Below, in pieces: positions 1 through 13,856 of a stretch of DNA of 64,000 bases. Location of the stretch: the NCBI GenBank assembly GCA_021613535.1, contig CP075494.1, positions 11,904,001 to 11,968,000 of the forward strand, read 5' to 3'. The translations under genes and the position numbers were made by a program. Within the stretch, counting starts at the first letter, position 1, and each line of letters opens with the position of its first letter. Under the pieces are notes generated by a model. The model was not told the DNA's origin. It ran no database searches and saw only the letters and a program-made list of their open reading frames with translations. This DNA comes from Adineta vaga. Taxonomy: Eukaryota > Animalia > Rotifera.

Positions 1-567
1 TAGCAATACAGAAACAAGAAAGTATCCTTTTTGTTGCACATATTAATCGTAAAAAAATTATAAGAAATATTAGAGTCACTCCATGGTTGATTGCTTCACA
101 CCACAATATCTATGCATGTACATATCACTTAACCACACCTCATCAACGTCATTTTTTTCTTATTAATTGAAATCATTTTTTTCAAAAGACTAGTTTTCGT
201 CTTCTTCCTCTTCTCTCCTCCTCTCTTACTTTTTTTTCTCTGCTTTTACTCATCTACATTTTTATTTCATAGTCAGCAACATATTCACTCATTCGATGAT
301 CAATTTCATTACATGTACTCTGATCTATATCTAATTCATATATCTTCCCTCTTTTCTTTTGCTGTTCTTCTTATACATATAAATCTGTGCATATCAATTC
401 TAATGACTATTTTCTTTTTCTCACTTCGTTTTAACGTAGTTATTATAATCACCTCCTCAATAGATCAACGATCATCATTAACGCAATAAAAAATATACAA
501 ACATGTGCTTTTTTTGCAGTTAAAAGATAGTTTGCTTCGTATATGTTTTGTATTTTTTTTAGATAGA

Positions 568-1010
568 ATGAACCGAGGACCCGCTCAAAGACAATTACAA
601 GGTGCTCCAGCAATGAATCCGTAATTTTATGTCTTTTTTTTTTAAAGTTTATCCCTGGTTTTTTTTTTCATAGTCATGCACCAAGAAAACTTCCTGATCG
701 CCGAGTGGGAGCTGGATTTCCTGGCGGTAACGGTGCCGGATACAATACAACTGCAAATGTTGAACCATGGGCAGTAACAGAATGGACTGAATATTACATT
801 CCAACTGTTGCTGGTAATAAACGTCCCGTTATTTATGTTGCCGCTCCATTAAATCAATGTGCTATGGGTGGCATGGGTGGCATGGGTGGCATGGGTGGTA
901 TGGGTGGTATGGGTGGTTTAGGAGGTATGGGTGGCATGGGAAGTTTAGGAGGTATGGGTGGTATGCGAAGTTTAGGAGGTATGGGCGGTGGATTTCCAAT
1001 GCGTCGCTAA
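568..1010 (+). CDS. Small Gly/Met-rich low-complexity protein (~129 aa), function unknown
   Basis: ATG at 568; GT-AG intron 621-673 joins in frame to ORF 705-1010. The C-terminal third is (GGM)n. Confidence 0.7.
864..990 (+). repeat. Coding 9-bp tandem repeat (ATGGGTGGY and variants) encoding MGG
   Basis: Read directly: atgggtggc/atgggtggt units, then ttaggaggt-atgggtggy variants. Confidence 0.9.
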
Positions 1011-1323
1011 AAAAAGAGAAGATCTTTTTTCGACCTTCTCGTTTACCAAAACACAAGTTTTCTCTCTTTTAAGGAACGTTTAACACAAATATGATTTCGA
1101 AATTCTTTTAAATTGTTCGTACATATATGTGTCAATACGTGTGTTACATTTCTTTTTCTTTTCTCTTCATTTGAGGTTTCTATTTATTATTTTTCTCTAT
1201 CTTAGTTAACATTATTTTAACACATTACTTTTTTTTCTTTCTTTTCCAATATTTTTTTCCTTACTCTTGTCATTTATTTTAACAAAACAACAACAAACAA
1301 ACAATAATAATATGCTGACATAA

Positions 1324-2497
1324 TCAACGTTTTTTATGTAAACATGGTGCAAGTGTCAGAATAGCTTTAGATTTGACTTCTTCGGAAATCTTCACAAAAT
1401 CAAATGTATAGAAATATTTTGATGGTGTATTATTGCTTTTTTCTTCCATTGAATTCGTTTTCGAACATTGAAAACCCAAAGCTTCGATTTTTCGTATAAA
1501 TTTTTGTGGCTGATTTTCAAATCGTGATGCAATTTCAACGATTTTCATTGTTCCACGTAAACGAAGAATACGATGCGCTTCATGAATAAAATCAGTTAAA
1601 TTTGTTCCCATTAATGATAAACAAAAAATAACAATATCAACTGAATTTGTTTTCATTGGTGTATGTGCAATATCACATACCTGAACATGTTCATTCATTG
1701 CAACAAAATCAAAACTTGAGATATTTGGATGTGTTGATTTTAATGTTTGAGCAAGAAGAGCATCGCCACAGCCCATATCAACAATAGTATGATTTCCCGA
1801 ACGTTTACGAATATATGCAATAATTTCATCTAATGGTTGATCTGGCCAACGAGACATGCTTGTCTATGATAGAAAAATTTTAAAAAAACAATTTGTTGAA
1901 AAAATCTTCAAGAAAACTTACAGCATAACCTTGATGATAGGCATGAAATGATTGAGGATCTTTTTCAAACATTTTCTGAGCTTCTTTACTTGATGATGTA
2001 TATAATTTTTCATTAAGATAACGAAAACGAGATGTTATCATATTGGAAACAAGTTTATCACAAATTGATGGTTTTGATTCTTGTGAAGGTTTTTTCTTAA
2101 CTGGTTCATCTTGTTCGTCATCTGATTGATGTTGACGTTTTTTTGTTTTCGTTTTTGGTTGAATAATAACATCCTTCAATTCTGGATGATTTAATAAATG
2201 ATATTTATTCTTTCGACTTTTTTTCGGTACGAGAGATTTTTGTTGCTGTTGATTTTCAAGTTCTTTATTGATATGTTTTTTTAATTGCGATCGTTTGATT
2301 TTCATATTTCTCTCATCATCGGATTCATCATTTAATATTTGTTCTTCCCTTTTTCGATCAGCTGCATTCGTATCATGACGTGGTACACGTTCAAAACTTT
2401 TCTTTCCTTTCTTTCTATCAAGTAATGATAATTCACTTTTAGCAAGGATTTTTTTCACTTGAATATGATTTTTATTTGCACGTTTCTTATGTGGCAT
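1324..2497 (-). CDS. RRP8: Ribosomal RNA-processing protein 8 (nucleomethylin), rRNA adenine N1-methyltransferase
   Basis: SRFRYLNEKLYT, FHAYHQGY, WP-QPLD, VDMGCGDA (SAM motif I), DIVIFCLSLMGTN and EIASRF; Lys-rich N-terminus; one short intron near 1866-1921. Confidence 0.93.
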
Positions 2498-2847
2498 CTG
2501 AAAGAAAAATATAGATTTCACATTTTGACAATTAATCACTCAAAATTTCTTCTAAAACAATCCTTGGTTGTGTAATAATTAATTTGCATGTTTTGTCAAA
2601 TCATATCGAATAGAAGGTTATTGGAAATAGATTGAAAGACGATGCGTAGAAAATCAATGATGTATGACGGGACGTCATTTTGATGATATTTTTCTTCAGT
2701 TCTTTATCTAAATCAATGAAGAAGCATATCGTAATAGAAAGAAGTTTAAAATCATAAATTTCTTCTTTCAAATGATCTATTAATTAAAAAAATGAATAAA
2801 TATAATGAGAAAAAAATAAGTATACAGTATGACAAAATGTAAAGTTT

Positions 2848-5800
2848 TCAAGAATTATCTGATGTTGATCGACGTTCAGATATTAATGGTTGACGATCGT
2901 CATCAAATCGTTGAGAACTATTCCAGTAACCATAAAAAGCGTAAATAACAAAACCTTAATTGAAAAATAAAATCATTTCTAATCGAATAAAAACAAGAGA
3001 AATTTTTACCAGTAAACATCCATATACCAAATCGTATCCATGTTGCTGGAGATAACTTAAGAATAAGATATGTATTTATTAATATACTTAATATAGGCAC
3101 ATAAGGAATCCATGGAGCCTAGTGAAAATATAGATAAATAATTTGCTAAGAGAGACAATGATCTTACTTGAAAGTAAAGTAAATTTATATTTTTTGGCTG
3201 TTTAGCAATAATAATAGTGAAAAATATTTCCAAAAGAATAAATATTATTAACAATGATATGATTATGGGATTTTTATTCATAATATAATCACTAGCAAAG
3301 ATTTGTATTGCACAAAGAAGAAACCCATTGATTACTAAAATCATTCGTGAGATATGATTGAAAAGAAATTTTCAAAGAAATTTACTTAAACAAGTAATAG
3401 CATATCTTGTAATTGCTGCTGATTTATATGTGGGACGTGAACCTAATGGTTTGAATAATCTCACATATAATGATTGTACGAGTTGTTCATCCAATTGTAT
3501 TTCAGATTCTTCTGCTGGTAGATAACTAAAACATTTGAAGATTTATTTTCAAGTTTTCTTTTTTGTACAAAATTTTACCGAAGATAAAGTACTGATATTG
3601 ATACAAGTGAATAAGCAAGTAATGTTCCAATTGACATCATTTCAACTAACTTTTTCAAATCAAATATTAATGCCATTATTGCTAAAATATTAAAGATATA
3701 CTTTAGAAGGAAAATATTAGTTTTTGTTTTCGTTTACCAGATGCAACACCACCGAAAATTGTCGCTATCATCGGTGTTTGTAAACGTGGATGTACCCAAG
3801 CTATAAAGCGAAAGATTAATCCATCACTAGCAATGGCATACAGTACACGTGGAAGTGGTAAAAGAGAGCCAAGTAAGGAACAGAAAATGCCTATCGACAA
3901 AGGAAAAATTATGGTTTTAAGATATTCATAAGTATCAATTGCTAACCGCTCAATGCACCAACACCAACGACATATTTAAAAGCAGGTAATTGTACATAAT
4001 GAAATGCTTCGGGTAAAACTGCATCAGGATTGATAAGATAATATGGAACCTGAATAAATTTGATATAGAAATTCTGATAGATAACTATAATAAAAATAGT
4101 TAATATCATGCAATCTATACTACTATCACACTTTTAAAACCAAGGAAAGAAATCTAGTTAATGATATGTACTACTCTTATGATTACTTCTTTAAACTTTG
4201 TCATAAATCATGTACGATAAGAAATTTAATTGTATTATTTGTATCTCTCAGTATATTTTACCATTAATGTTACGATTACTGAAACTGCACAATAAAGTAT
4301 TGTACAAACAAGAAGAGTTAAACAAATTGATATTGGAATGGCTCGTTGTGGATTTTTTGTTTCTTCGCCTAATAAAAAATATCATTTCATTTGTTGAATA
4401 ATTTAAGAAGAAAACCAACTATTATCTACCTGTTGTTGCAACAAGATCAAAACCAACGAAAGCATAGAAACATGTAGCTGCACCGGCCAATGTTCCTTCA
4501 ATTCCAAATGGAAAAAAGCCACCTTTACCAACAATCACAGTACTATTTGTTATATTATGTGCCTAAATTTAATTAAATTACAAGGATAAAAATTTCCTTT
4601 TTTTATATCAATAAACATACTTCATCAGGAGAAATATTCCAATTATGTCCATTGATTTTCGTTAAACCCGCAATAATAACAATAACAATAACCGTTAAAT
4701 TAACAGCTGTAAGAAGATTATTCAATATAGCTGATTCTTTAACTCCAATCACCAGAAGAACTATAGAAAAGTTTTCGATTCTTTATAAAAACAAAAATTC
4801 GTTTTTTTTTCATATTCATTACCCGTTATGAAAAGACATAAACTCATTGCAAGTAAATCTGCATATGCTGAAAATGTTCCAGGATGTAACGGAAAATGTC
4901 GAGTAAAATAATCTTTTAGAGCAAAATTGATTAAAGAATCAAAATATGAACTTAATGCACGAGCTGTACTAGCAGCACCTAAATAAAGAATATTTGTATA
5001 GGAAAACTTTCTTGAAATAATCCAACGAATTAGCACGAGCTCAAACAAGCGAACAGCGAGAACAAACTTATTTAAATTGCTCAACATTCATCAGATCTGT
5101 AGAATTATACAAAACTTCAACTTTATTTCTTTATCTTTTTTTTTACAATATAGAACAAATTGAAAAGACATTGAACAATAGTTTTGATTCTATTATTCAA
5201 AATAAGTTATCTAGTTTATATCCATGAAAATGAAACTATTTTGTCATGCTTCATTGAAAATGTAATTAGTCGTTTATTGACATAATAGCGATGACCTTTA
5301 ATGCTCTATTATTGTTTTGCAATAACCATTTCAAAGAAATTAACCTGTATACATCTGTCAAACATAATGATTGCAATCAATTCAAATATTACTAACGAAT
5401 GAATATATATCTTTTAAATTATTTGAACTTTGTCTTTTTATTAACGACAAGTAACACGACAAGAGGTTTTTATTGATTAGATTGTAGGAAGAAAAGTATA
5501 GATAATGAAATCTTATTTGTACTTATATACTGAACCATGCTATTAGATGCTACAGAGATAGATAAAGTCATATAGTTCTATACTTTGAGTCTATGTCGAA
5601 ACGAGAGATAGCACATCATTTAGAATATTAGATCTGACATATTCATTACGATGACAGAAATGGATGTAAAAAAAGAACTTGTGTTAAGTTGATGACAAAT
5701 GATATGTAATGTATAAAAAGAGGTTAGTTTTAAAAAGAAGTTATTACTATGCTCGAGAAGTCTTATCTTATTTGTCATAACAGTTGTGTACCATTTCATT

Positions 5801-6414
5801 TAACCTGTATAATAGATTCTAGTATTGCAAACTATATATCTCTCTCTCTACTCACATATTGCAAAGATCGTGTTATCAAAATTTAGGTAATCGTATAGTA
5901 AATACTACAGCAGAGTCTACATTCAATCAACATACCTATCACATATTCTAAAATCATATTCCAACCTAAAGATAAAAAAAATCATTTGATTAGAATTGAA
6001 ATATAGTAAAGTAAACTTTACCAATGATAAAAGCCATAATTTCTCCCACACTAACATATGTATATGTATAAGCACTTCCAGCACGTGGTGCACGAGCACC
6101 AAATTCTGCATAACAAAGTCCAGCAAGAACGGATGCAACTGCTGCAATAAGAAAACTAAGAATCACAGATGGTCCTGCTGTATCATGAGCAACTTGTCCA
6201 GTAAGAATGTAAGTGCCCGTTCCTAATGTCGATCCAATACCTACAAGAAAAAAAAACAATGAAGATTAACAAATAAGTAAATCGTTTCCATACCTAATAT
6301 GGTTAAATCGAATACGGTCAAGCATCGTTTTAATTGAGATGTATGCAATGTTTCTGTATCATACACTTTTCGTCGTGTAAGATTATTATATAGTGCGTAT
6401 ACGGCACTTGTCAT
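2848..6414 (-). CDS. Cationic amino acid transporter (SLC7A1-4/slimfast family), multi-exon
   Basis: [56 protein letters not shown] and TWIRFGIWM. One ~950-bp intron near 4980-5930. Confidence 0.93.
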
Positions 6415-7395
6415 TTTTTTTTCTTCGATTAATTTTAATTATATTGAAAGACTAATCATTAAATTAGACAACCTTAATTTTATCTATATCGTATCAAAAA
6501 TACAGTATTTCAAACAATCATATTTACACATTTAATATCGATTCACGAATGGGAAGTTTCTTTTTTTCGAACTGATTAACCAAATGAAAAAAAATGCCAA
6601 AAGATGTCGTACTAGATTTATAACCATCGATTTTTCTTCTTTATCTTCGAATTTCAGTCAAAATAATATTCTTAGAGAATAGAATTAAAGTTATAAAGCA
6701 AAAAAAATTCAAAATGCAGTTGTATAGCTAATTCGAATAATCCTTGTACGTTACTATCTGATGATTGCTGTATGTTGAATATGAGATTTCTCCATCCTAA
6801 TAAGTCTATATATATATATACGAAAACGATACGATCTTTACTCAATTAAGTCAAATTTACGACATATGCTCAAACAAATGCAATATAAATTCTATCATAA
6901 AAATCACACAATCGAATAAAGTATATTTGTACTACGAATAAAAAATCTATTTAAAATATTCTATCTGAAAAGCAAATACTAAATCTACTTCGACATTATA
7001 ATCGATAATTGATTAATATTCATCTTTTCATTTTTCTTTTTCATCTTTATCATCGTATTGATTGTTAAATATCATCATACATGTCGCTCTATAATGTTGA
7101 ACTATATTCACATAAGGACACTAGCGACAAATTTCATACCCAATTTTATTGTACAATTTTCGAAATCTAATTTAGAATATAAAACATATTTGTTAAATTT
7201 TCCTTCTGATTCTTTTTCTATTATTTTCTATTTAATAATCTCATAGATATTGATCATTACTTACTATTGGTTAGTTTTTGAAAGAAGAAGAAGAAACTAC
7301 TACTCAATTCATGTCATTTATGCATGAATAGGGAAAAAAGGCAACAAAATGTTTCATTTTCTATCTAAAACTTTGAATTTTCATTTAATTTCCAA

Positions 7396-9749
7396 ATGGC
7401 ACCTGTAAGAAGTCGTCATTTTTCTCAATCAACTAGTCGCTATTATCGATCGAACAATCGTTTTGATGAACGATCTCGACGTGACAATCGTTACGATGTA
7501 AGAATAATAAAATTATCATTGACAAATTGAACGTTTTATTTACATATCTTTATAGAATAGACGAAATCGACGTAGTCGATCTCGATCGAGTTCACGTCGA
7601 CGAAATGATATTCGTCCATCGTCAACTAAATCATCAGTAAAGTCAAAACAACGAAAACCTGAAAGCGATAATGAATATGATGATTTATTAAAACAAGAAA
7701 ATGATCCTGAGAAAAAATTTCGTTTAACTTTGAAAAAACGCAATGCAATAATCAAAAGAACATTATCAAAATCTGTGAGTAATACTTTTCTCTTGAAATA
7801 TGAAAGCGAAAGAACAGTATTTGATTTAGTTTGGTTTGAGTACGAATGCTTTTTCAAAATTATTAGTAGATAAATGTGATGAAACAATTAAAGATTCGAT
7901 TCTATCAAAATTTAAGTAAGATAAAAAGTATTATTCTCAGTTTGAAATTAATGTAGATTTTAATATAATATTATAGAACACAAGTTGAACGAAAACAAGC
8001 AAATGATGCAGAACCAATTCAAACATCTCGTGTTATGACTGATGAAGTATTTTCTATATTTTTTTTATATTCACAAAAAGTATACTAATACGTTTGATAT
8101 AGGTTCATCTATATGATCAATTATCTCGATTAGATGATGATAATTTCGATGGAGTAAATATAAAATGAATGATTTTAATGAAAAGAATATGAAATATATC
8201 TTATTTTTATTCAAGGCACCAAATAATGATTATAGTCAACAATTTGTAAATATTGGTCAAAGACCACAAAATTATATTCGTGATGCCGGTTTGTATAGCA
8301 TGTTTGTTTTCTTTTTATGTGAATTTCTATTTTCTAATCTCAAACACAGGTTTACGAGGTCGATTCGAAGAATATCCTAAATTACGTGAATTAATTCGTC
8401 TTAAAGATGATTATATTGATAAAACGAATCCACCACCAATGTATCTACGTTGTGATTTACCAGCAAATAATTTCATGCTCGCATCACTTGAATGTGAATT
8501 TGATGTTATTCTTATTGAACCACCATTAGAAGAATATAAACGAACAAATGGAATTCATTTTGATCGTTATGTTACATGGGAAGAGGTAAATGAAGAGTGT
8601 ATTATAAAGATATTCGTATATTTATGGCATGAAATAGGTAATGAAACTTGATGTAGAAGCAATTGCAGCACAACGATCATTTGTTTTTCTATGGTGTGGA
8701 TCATCAGATGGTTTAGATCAGGGAAGAGCAGTATGTAGCGAGAAATCGGTAGAAAACGATGAACTTATTTTATATTTTAGTGTTTGAAAAAATGGGGTTT
8801 TCGCCGATGTGAAGATATTTGTTGGGTGAAAACGAATCGAACAAATCCAAGACCAACTTTAACATTGGAATCTTCCTCTATTTTTCAAAGAACAAAAGTA
8901 AGTTTTTCAGAGATAGAACTACATTCGAGTTTAGTTAACATTCAAATTTCTTTCAATTCAAAGGAACATTGTTTAATGGGTATTCGTGGTACAGTTCGTC
9001 GATCAGTTGATTCGGATTTCATTCATGCAAATGTCGATATTGATTTAATCATAACTGAAGAACCTGCTTGGGGTGATCCTAATAAACCAGTCGAGTTATA
9101 TCATATTATTGAACATTTTTGTTTGGGTCGTCGTCGTCTTCATCTATTTGCTCGAGAATCAACTATTCGACGTGGTTGGTTATCACTTGGTTCAGATATT
9201 TGTGCATCAAATTTTGATAAACGTATTTATAAATCATATTTCGAAACTCAATTACAAGCATATGAAAATATTACTGAACGTATTGAACAACTTCGACCAA
9301 AATCGCCACCACCCAAAGGTATGAAAGCTCCACCTGGAACAGCTGCTGGTGCTTCTGGCGCTAATTCAAATCCAAATGCTCAATCTACTCAACAAAGTGT
9401 TCCATCGACTGTATCTTCATCATCAACAAAAGAAATGTCGTCGTCTATTGCTTTACAAGACGGTCAACAAGCAATACGTTCTACAATAACAAATAATCGT
9501 CAATCATCATCACGTGCAGTTCGTCCACATTGGAGTTTATATCCTGATGATATAGCTTCTAATGTTTATCCTCCAATGATGCATTCACCAACACGGCATG
9601 GTTATCCAGCACCCTATTCAGATTTGCATCTATTATCTGAATATGATTTTGCCATAGCTGCTGGTAATAGTAGTCAAAATGATTATGATAATTATTATGG
9701 TCATGCTAATGTTGAACAGCAAGATGAGAGAGGCAATTTTCGGAATTAA
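7396..9749 (+). CDS. METTL14: m6A methyltransferase non-catalytic subunit METTL14, multi-exon
   Basis: [44 protein letters not shown] (EPPL pseudo-catalytic motif), [26 protein letters not shown] and LRPKSPPPK. Confidence 0.96.
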
Positions 9750-9902
9750 ATATTGTTTGTTTGTTTGTTTATTTATAAATAAAATATCTACGAAAAATAG
9801 AGAACAAAATGAAAAAGAAACTAATCATAAATCACCAATGTTCTTTCGTCAAAACTAGATTAAAATAAGTTCACTAGATAGATATTCTTAGATTTTCTTT
9901 AA

Positions 9903-11782
9903 TCAAACAATCTTATGTTGTCGTCGATTAATAGGAAGAACTATTGATTGTTCTAGTTCAACTGGAATATTATTTGTATTCGTTATTGATTCACAATTTA
10001 AATGAACGAAAGCCCGTTCAACTTCCGGCAATGCTTCGATTTTTCGTTCAAGATCAATACCAACATGAACTGCATCATTTAAATGTAAATCATGCGGAAG
10101 AAGAACATCGACTTCAACCAGAAAATGTGTTCCAAAATGATAAGCTCGAACAGCATCGATCTTACGTACTAAAGGTGAATGATGAAATGCTAGCCAAGTT
10201 AATTGTTGAAGAAATTGAGTTGGTGCTGTATAACCAGTTAAATTACGAATATGAACTGAACAAAAATAAGCCTATATGAATGTATACAAGTTGAAATTGA
10301 AACAACTTACGACGAACTTGGGGAATCCAACAAATGATGATGTATAAACTGATGACTATTGCACCTGAAAGATGATATTAAGTTAAAATTAAAATTAAAT
10401 CTCTAAAAGATTTACATACCAACAGGATCAATAATTGATAATTCTCTTGGTTTTATTTCACCATCAATAGCTTTTGAACCTAAGAAAGATTTTCTTTTTT
10501 GTCAGTACAAGATCAATAATCTAATTTATACTTTACCAATAATACCAAAAACTAATGCCACAATTGTTGCAACAACATCATTCCGATGATCAGCAGCAAG
10601 TGCTGACATTGTTGGTGTTGAAATTTGATAACATAAGATTGATAAAACAATTTTAATGACTAAATAAAAGAAATATGAATGAAAATAATCAATTTTAATA
10701 TTTACCAACTGTTATACACATGATTGAAATTGCAGCAGGATTAATATCAACTGGTGGCTTTTCATAAGCATAGCCACTAACATTACGAAAGTAATTAATA
10801 TCTTCAATAACAGAACGAACTCCTTCCATAATGACTTGAAAACTAGCTGCACACATCACTACACTAAGAATTATTATAATAATTGGCTCAAGTCGTGTTC
10901 GTCCTATACAAATGCAAACTATTAAAGAAACAAGTCATTAAAAACTAAACCTTGTGGATAAAGATATGGATTTCGTTTCCGTATGGCTCTATTTGCCCAC
11001 CAAATAGCAAAATTTAACATTAAATCAATCGTACTATCAATAGCAGATGAAGCAATCGAAAGAGATTTCGAAATAATAGCAGAGAAGATTTTTCCTATAA
11101 CCAGAATCTATATTAAAAAAGTAGAAAGAAATAAGATACATCGGCATGTTTCTTTTTTCAAAGAACTAATTTATCTTACAATATTTGAAATCAATGTAGT
11201 TTTTATTAATATCAATGTCCATCGTTTATGTCGTTCAGCACGTTCATCATGCGATAGACCAGCTGCATTTCGTTCATCAATAGATGATAATTGATCAATC
11301 ATTCGATCTTGTTTTGCATAAAATCGTCTAGATAATGATAGAATTCATCAATAAATCTCTATTGAATTTTTTACCGAACACTACGTGATAATGCTTTATC
11401 ATCTACATGTTGTCCACGACGATAGGAAACCATTTGTTCCAATGAATATAGATTTCCATCTTCTAATCAATAGATGAAAAGGATAGTAGTTTTTTTAAAA
11501 GAAAAAAAATCATTTCTAACCTTTATTATTATTATTATTATTATTTTCCGTTTCTGTTGATGGTGAATTTTGTTCTACACTTGAAAAACTTACATTTGCT
11601 GAGATAGTATTTAAGAGCGTCTCGGGCAATACAGTTGATGTTATTGATGATAAACGTCGATCTCTACCATAGGATGGTACAACAAAATCAAAATGAGGTA
11701 AGTTATTTGTCGATATTTCAACTTCATTCGTTTGTTGTTGTGTTGATTTCGAAAGAGAATTCGATCGTGTTTGTTTGCTCAT
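9903..11782 (-). CDS. Cation diffusion facilitator, Mn-CDF/MTP8-11-like metal transporter, multi-exon
   Basis: Spliced translation gives SSAIDSTIDL, YPQGRTRLEP, ALAADHRNDV and C-terminal dimerisation domain LPEVERAFVHL. Confidence 0.88.
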
Positions 11783-12096
11783 GATAAAAAAACGTATTTA
11801 AGTTAGCTTTTTCTCTATTCACACATTGATCAATAATGAAAACAATATCAGTGTCCGATTCTTGATTTATCAAATTTAATTTATAAGATAGTATGAATAG
11901 AATAACCTTTTTGAAGAGAACTTTCTTTGAATATATGTAAATGATAAGAGTCAGATAGATTTTCATTTCTGAATCTTAAGATCGTCTTGGTAATTAATAT
12001 GATCAGACATTTGATAAGAGAATATCTTTGTAATCAAATTGAAGACATATATAAAAGGTCAATTGTTATTTTTCAGTTCGTTTTTATCGAAGACAA

Positions 12097-13341
12097 ATGC
12101 AGAACGAATCTGAAATTTTCTTACCATCAACAAAGAATCATCAAAAAAACCGTCGACGTCATGAGAATGTATCAAAATTAGCATCGTTTTTATTTAGATT
12201 ATTTGAAGAATTACCATTCTATCCGTTTATTCTGTTTTTTATCTTTACATTTGCTCTATATGTCGGTTTACTGACAACGTATGAAGAACATTATGAAGCA
12301 AGTGTACCAATATTATTTTACATCGAATTAAGTATCTTTATCTATTGTTTAATTGAATTCATTCTTCGAATTTATGCATCCAATGCTAGAGAACGTTATC
12401 GTGGTGTGCAAGGCAAATGTCGATTTTTCTATGAGCATTACTTGATCATTGATTGCTTTCTATTATTTTCATATGGAATTCTTTTTCTATGGAATTGGAT
12501 GAAATTCTATCACTCACATGCATTGTTTATACATGGACTACGTTTTCTTCAATTATTACGTTTTATTCCACTGGATCGGCATCTTAAATCGATTCCCTTG
12601 ATATGTAAGATCATTGGTCAATACCGACGAGTTCTATTAGCAACTGTTTACTTATGTTTCTTACTCATGTTACCAACTGCTTATCTTCTATGGATAGTCG
12701 AACGATTTGTTAAATCAGATGATCAGTATTTTTTTAGAACATATACGGATTCATTATGGTTTACTGTCAATTCAATGGCTACGGTAGATATAAGTTTCAA
12801 GGCAATCCTCATTTGTTTCTTTTCTTCTTCTTCTTCTTTGTTTTTTCTATAGATTGGTTATGGTGATACTTGGCCTAAAACTTTGATTGGTAATTCCGAA
12901 TTTGATTTATTCGTTTAGCTTTAGTTGTGTTATCTAGGTCGAATATTGACTGCAAGCTTATGTTGCATTGGAGTTGTTCTTTGGACACTTCCAGCTGGAA
13001 TAATATCTGCAGGTTTAACATCCATTGATGAAAATCGTCGTGAACGTGAACGTCTTCGTCTACCAGCTGCAAGATTTATACTGGCTTGGTGGCGTTTACA
13101 ACATTTCAATAAATTTCGATCAATACGTAACAAAGATAATCAAAAAGAAAGATGTAAACAAGTTATTGCGTCTCTTCTTTGTGCTCGATTTTATCGAGAA
13201 TTTCGGCAATGTCGATATGGTATTAATAACGAATGTGATATTCAAATTAGAAGAGAAATTAAAAAAATACTTCATCATCTGGAATTAATTGAAAACAAAT
13301 TAAATGATGCCAATCAAAATCATCTTCCTGTCGAATTATAA
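12097..13341 (+). CDS. KCNQ: Compact, divergent KCNQ-like (Kv7) 6-TM potassium channel
   Basis: S4-like GLRFLQLLRFIPLDR; pore TIGYGD across an intron starting at 12784; S6 LPAGIISAG; helix-A-like PAARFILAWWR; C-terminal coiled coil. Confidence 0.82.
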
Positions 13342-13713
13342 ATAAAAACCACAATATAAATCATTGAATCTTTGAATTGTTCTTTCCTATCCATTTTAGT
13401 TCTTTGAATATCTAGTATAACCATTAGACTAGATCAAATTTACTAATAAAGATATAGTGTTTTATCTTGGATAATCATTCTGATAAAAATATCCTATTAT
13501 AGTTATATTGATTTAGATCACACACGTTGAAATCGTTTAGTGATGATTTTGTGCGACATCTATTTAGATAAATATTTATTATTATTCTGTTTTCTTATTC
13601 AAAAATACAATTTATTTTCGATATAATTATATGAGATTAACTTGTAGAAAAATAAATGTTCAATTTCTTGAATCAAAGTCTAGATCTGAGAAGTCTTAAT
13701 GGCTTTTATACCG

Positions 13714-13725
13714 CAAGATGGCTGC
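13714..13725 (+). promoter_or_regulatory. YY1-like promoter motif upstream of the Mic60-like gene
   Basis: CAAGATGGCTGC, 11/12 match to the YY1 consensus CAAGATGGCGGC, ~130 bp before the ATG. Confidence 0.45.
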
Positions 13726-13856
13726 TATGCTAAAAACTCAGCACAGCAGTACAATTAATCCTTGTTTTCTTCTTTCTATTCTATAAATTGTTCTGATTTA
13801 TCTCTAGATCCTTTTGTTTGTTTATTTTTTGAAAAAACAGACGAGATTTTACTCAA

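Noticed and set aside
857-1072. ORFs with GWH/HPY/HPC repeats (857-1072 + and 862-1056 -)
   Set aside because: These are alternative-frame and antisense readings of the MGG repeat; only the MGG frame joins an upstream ATG exon.
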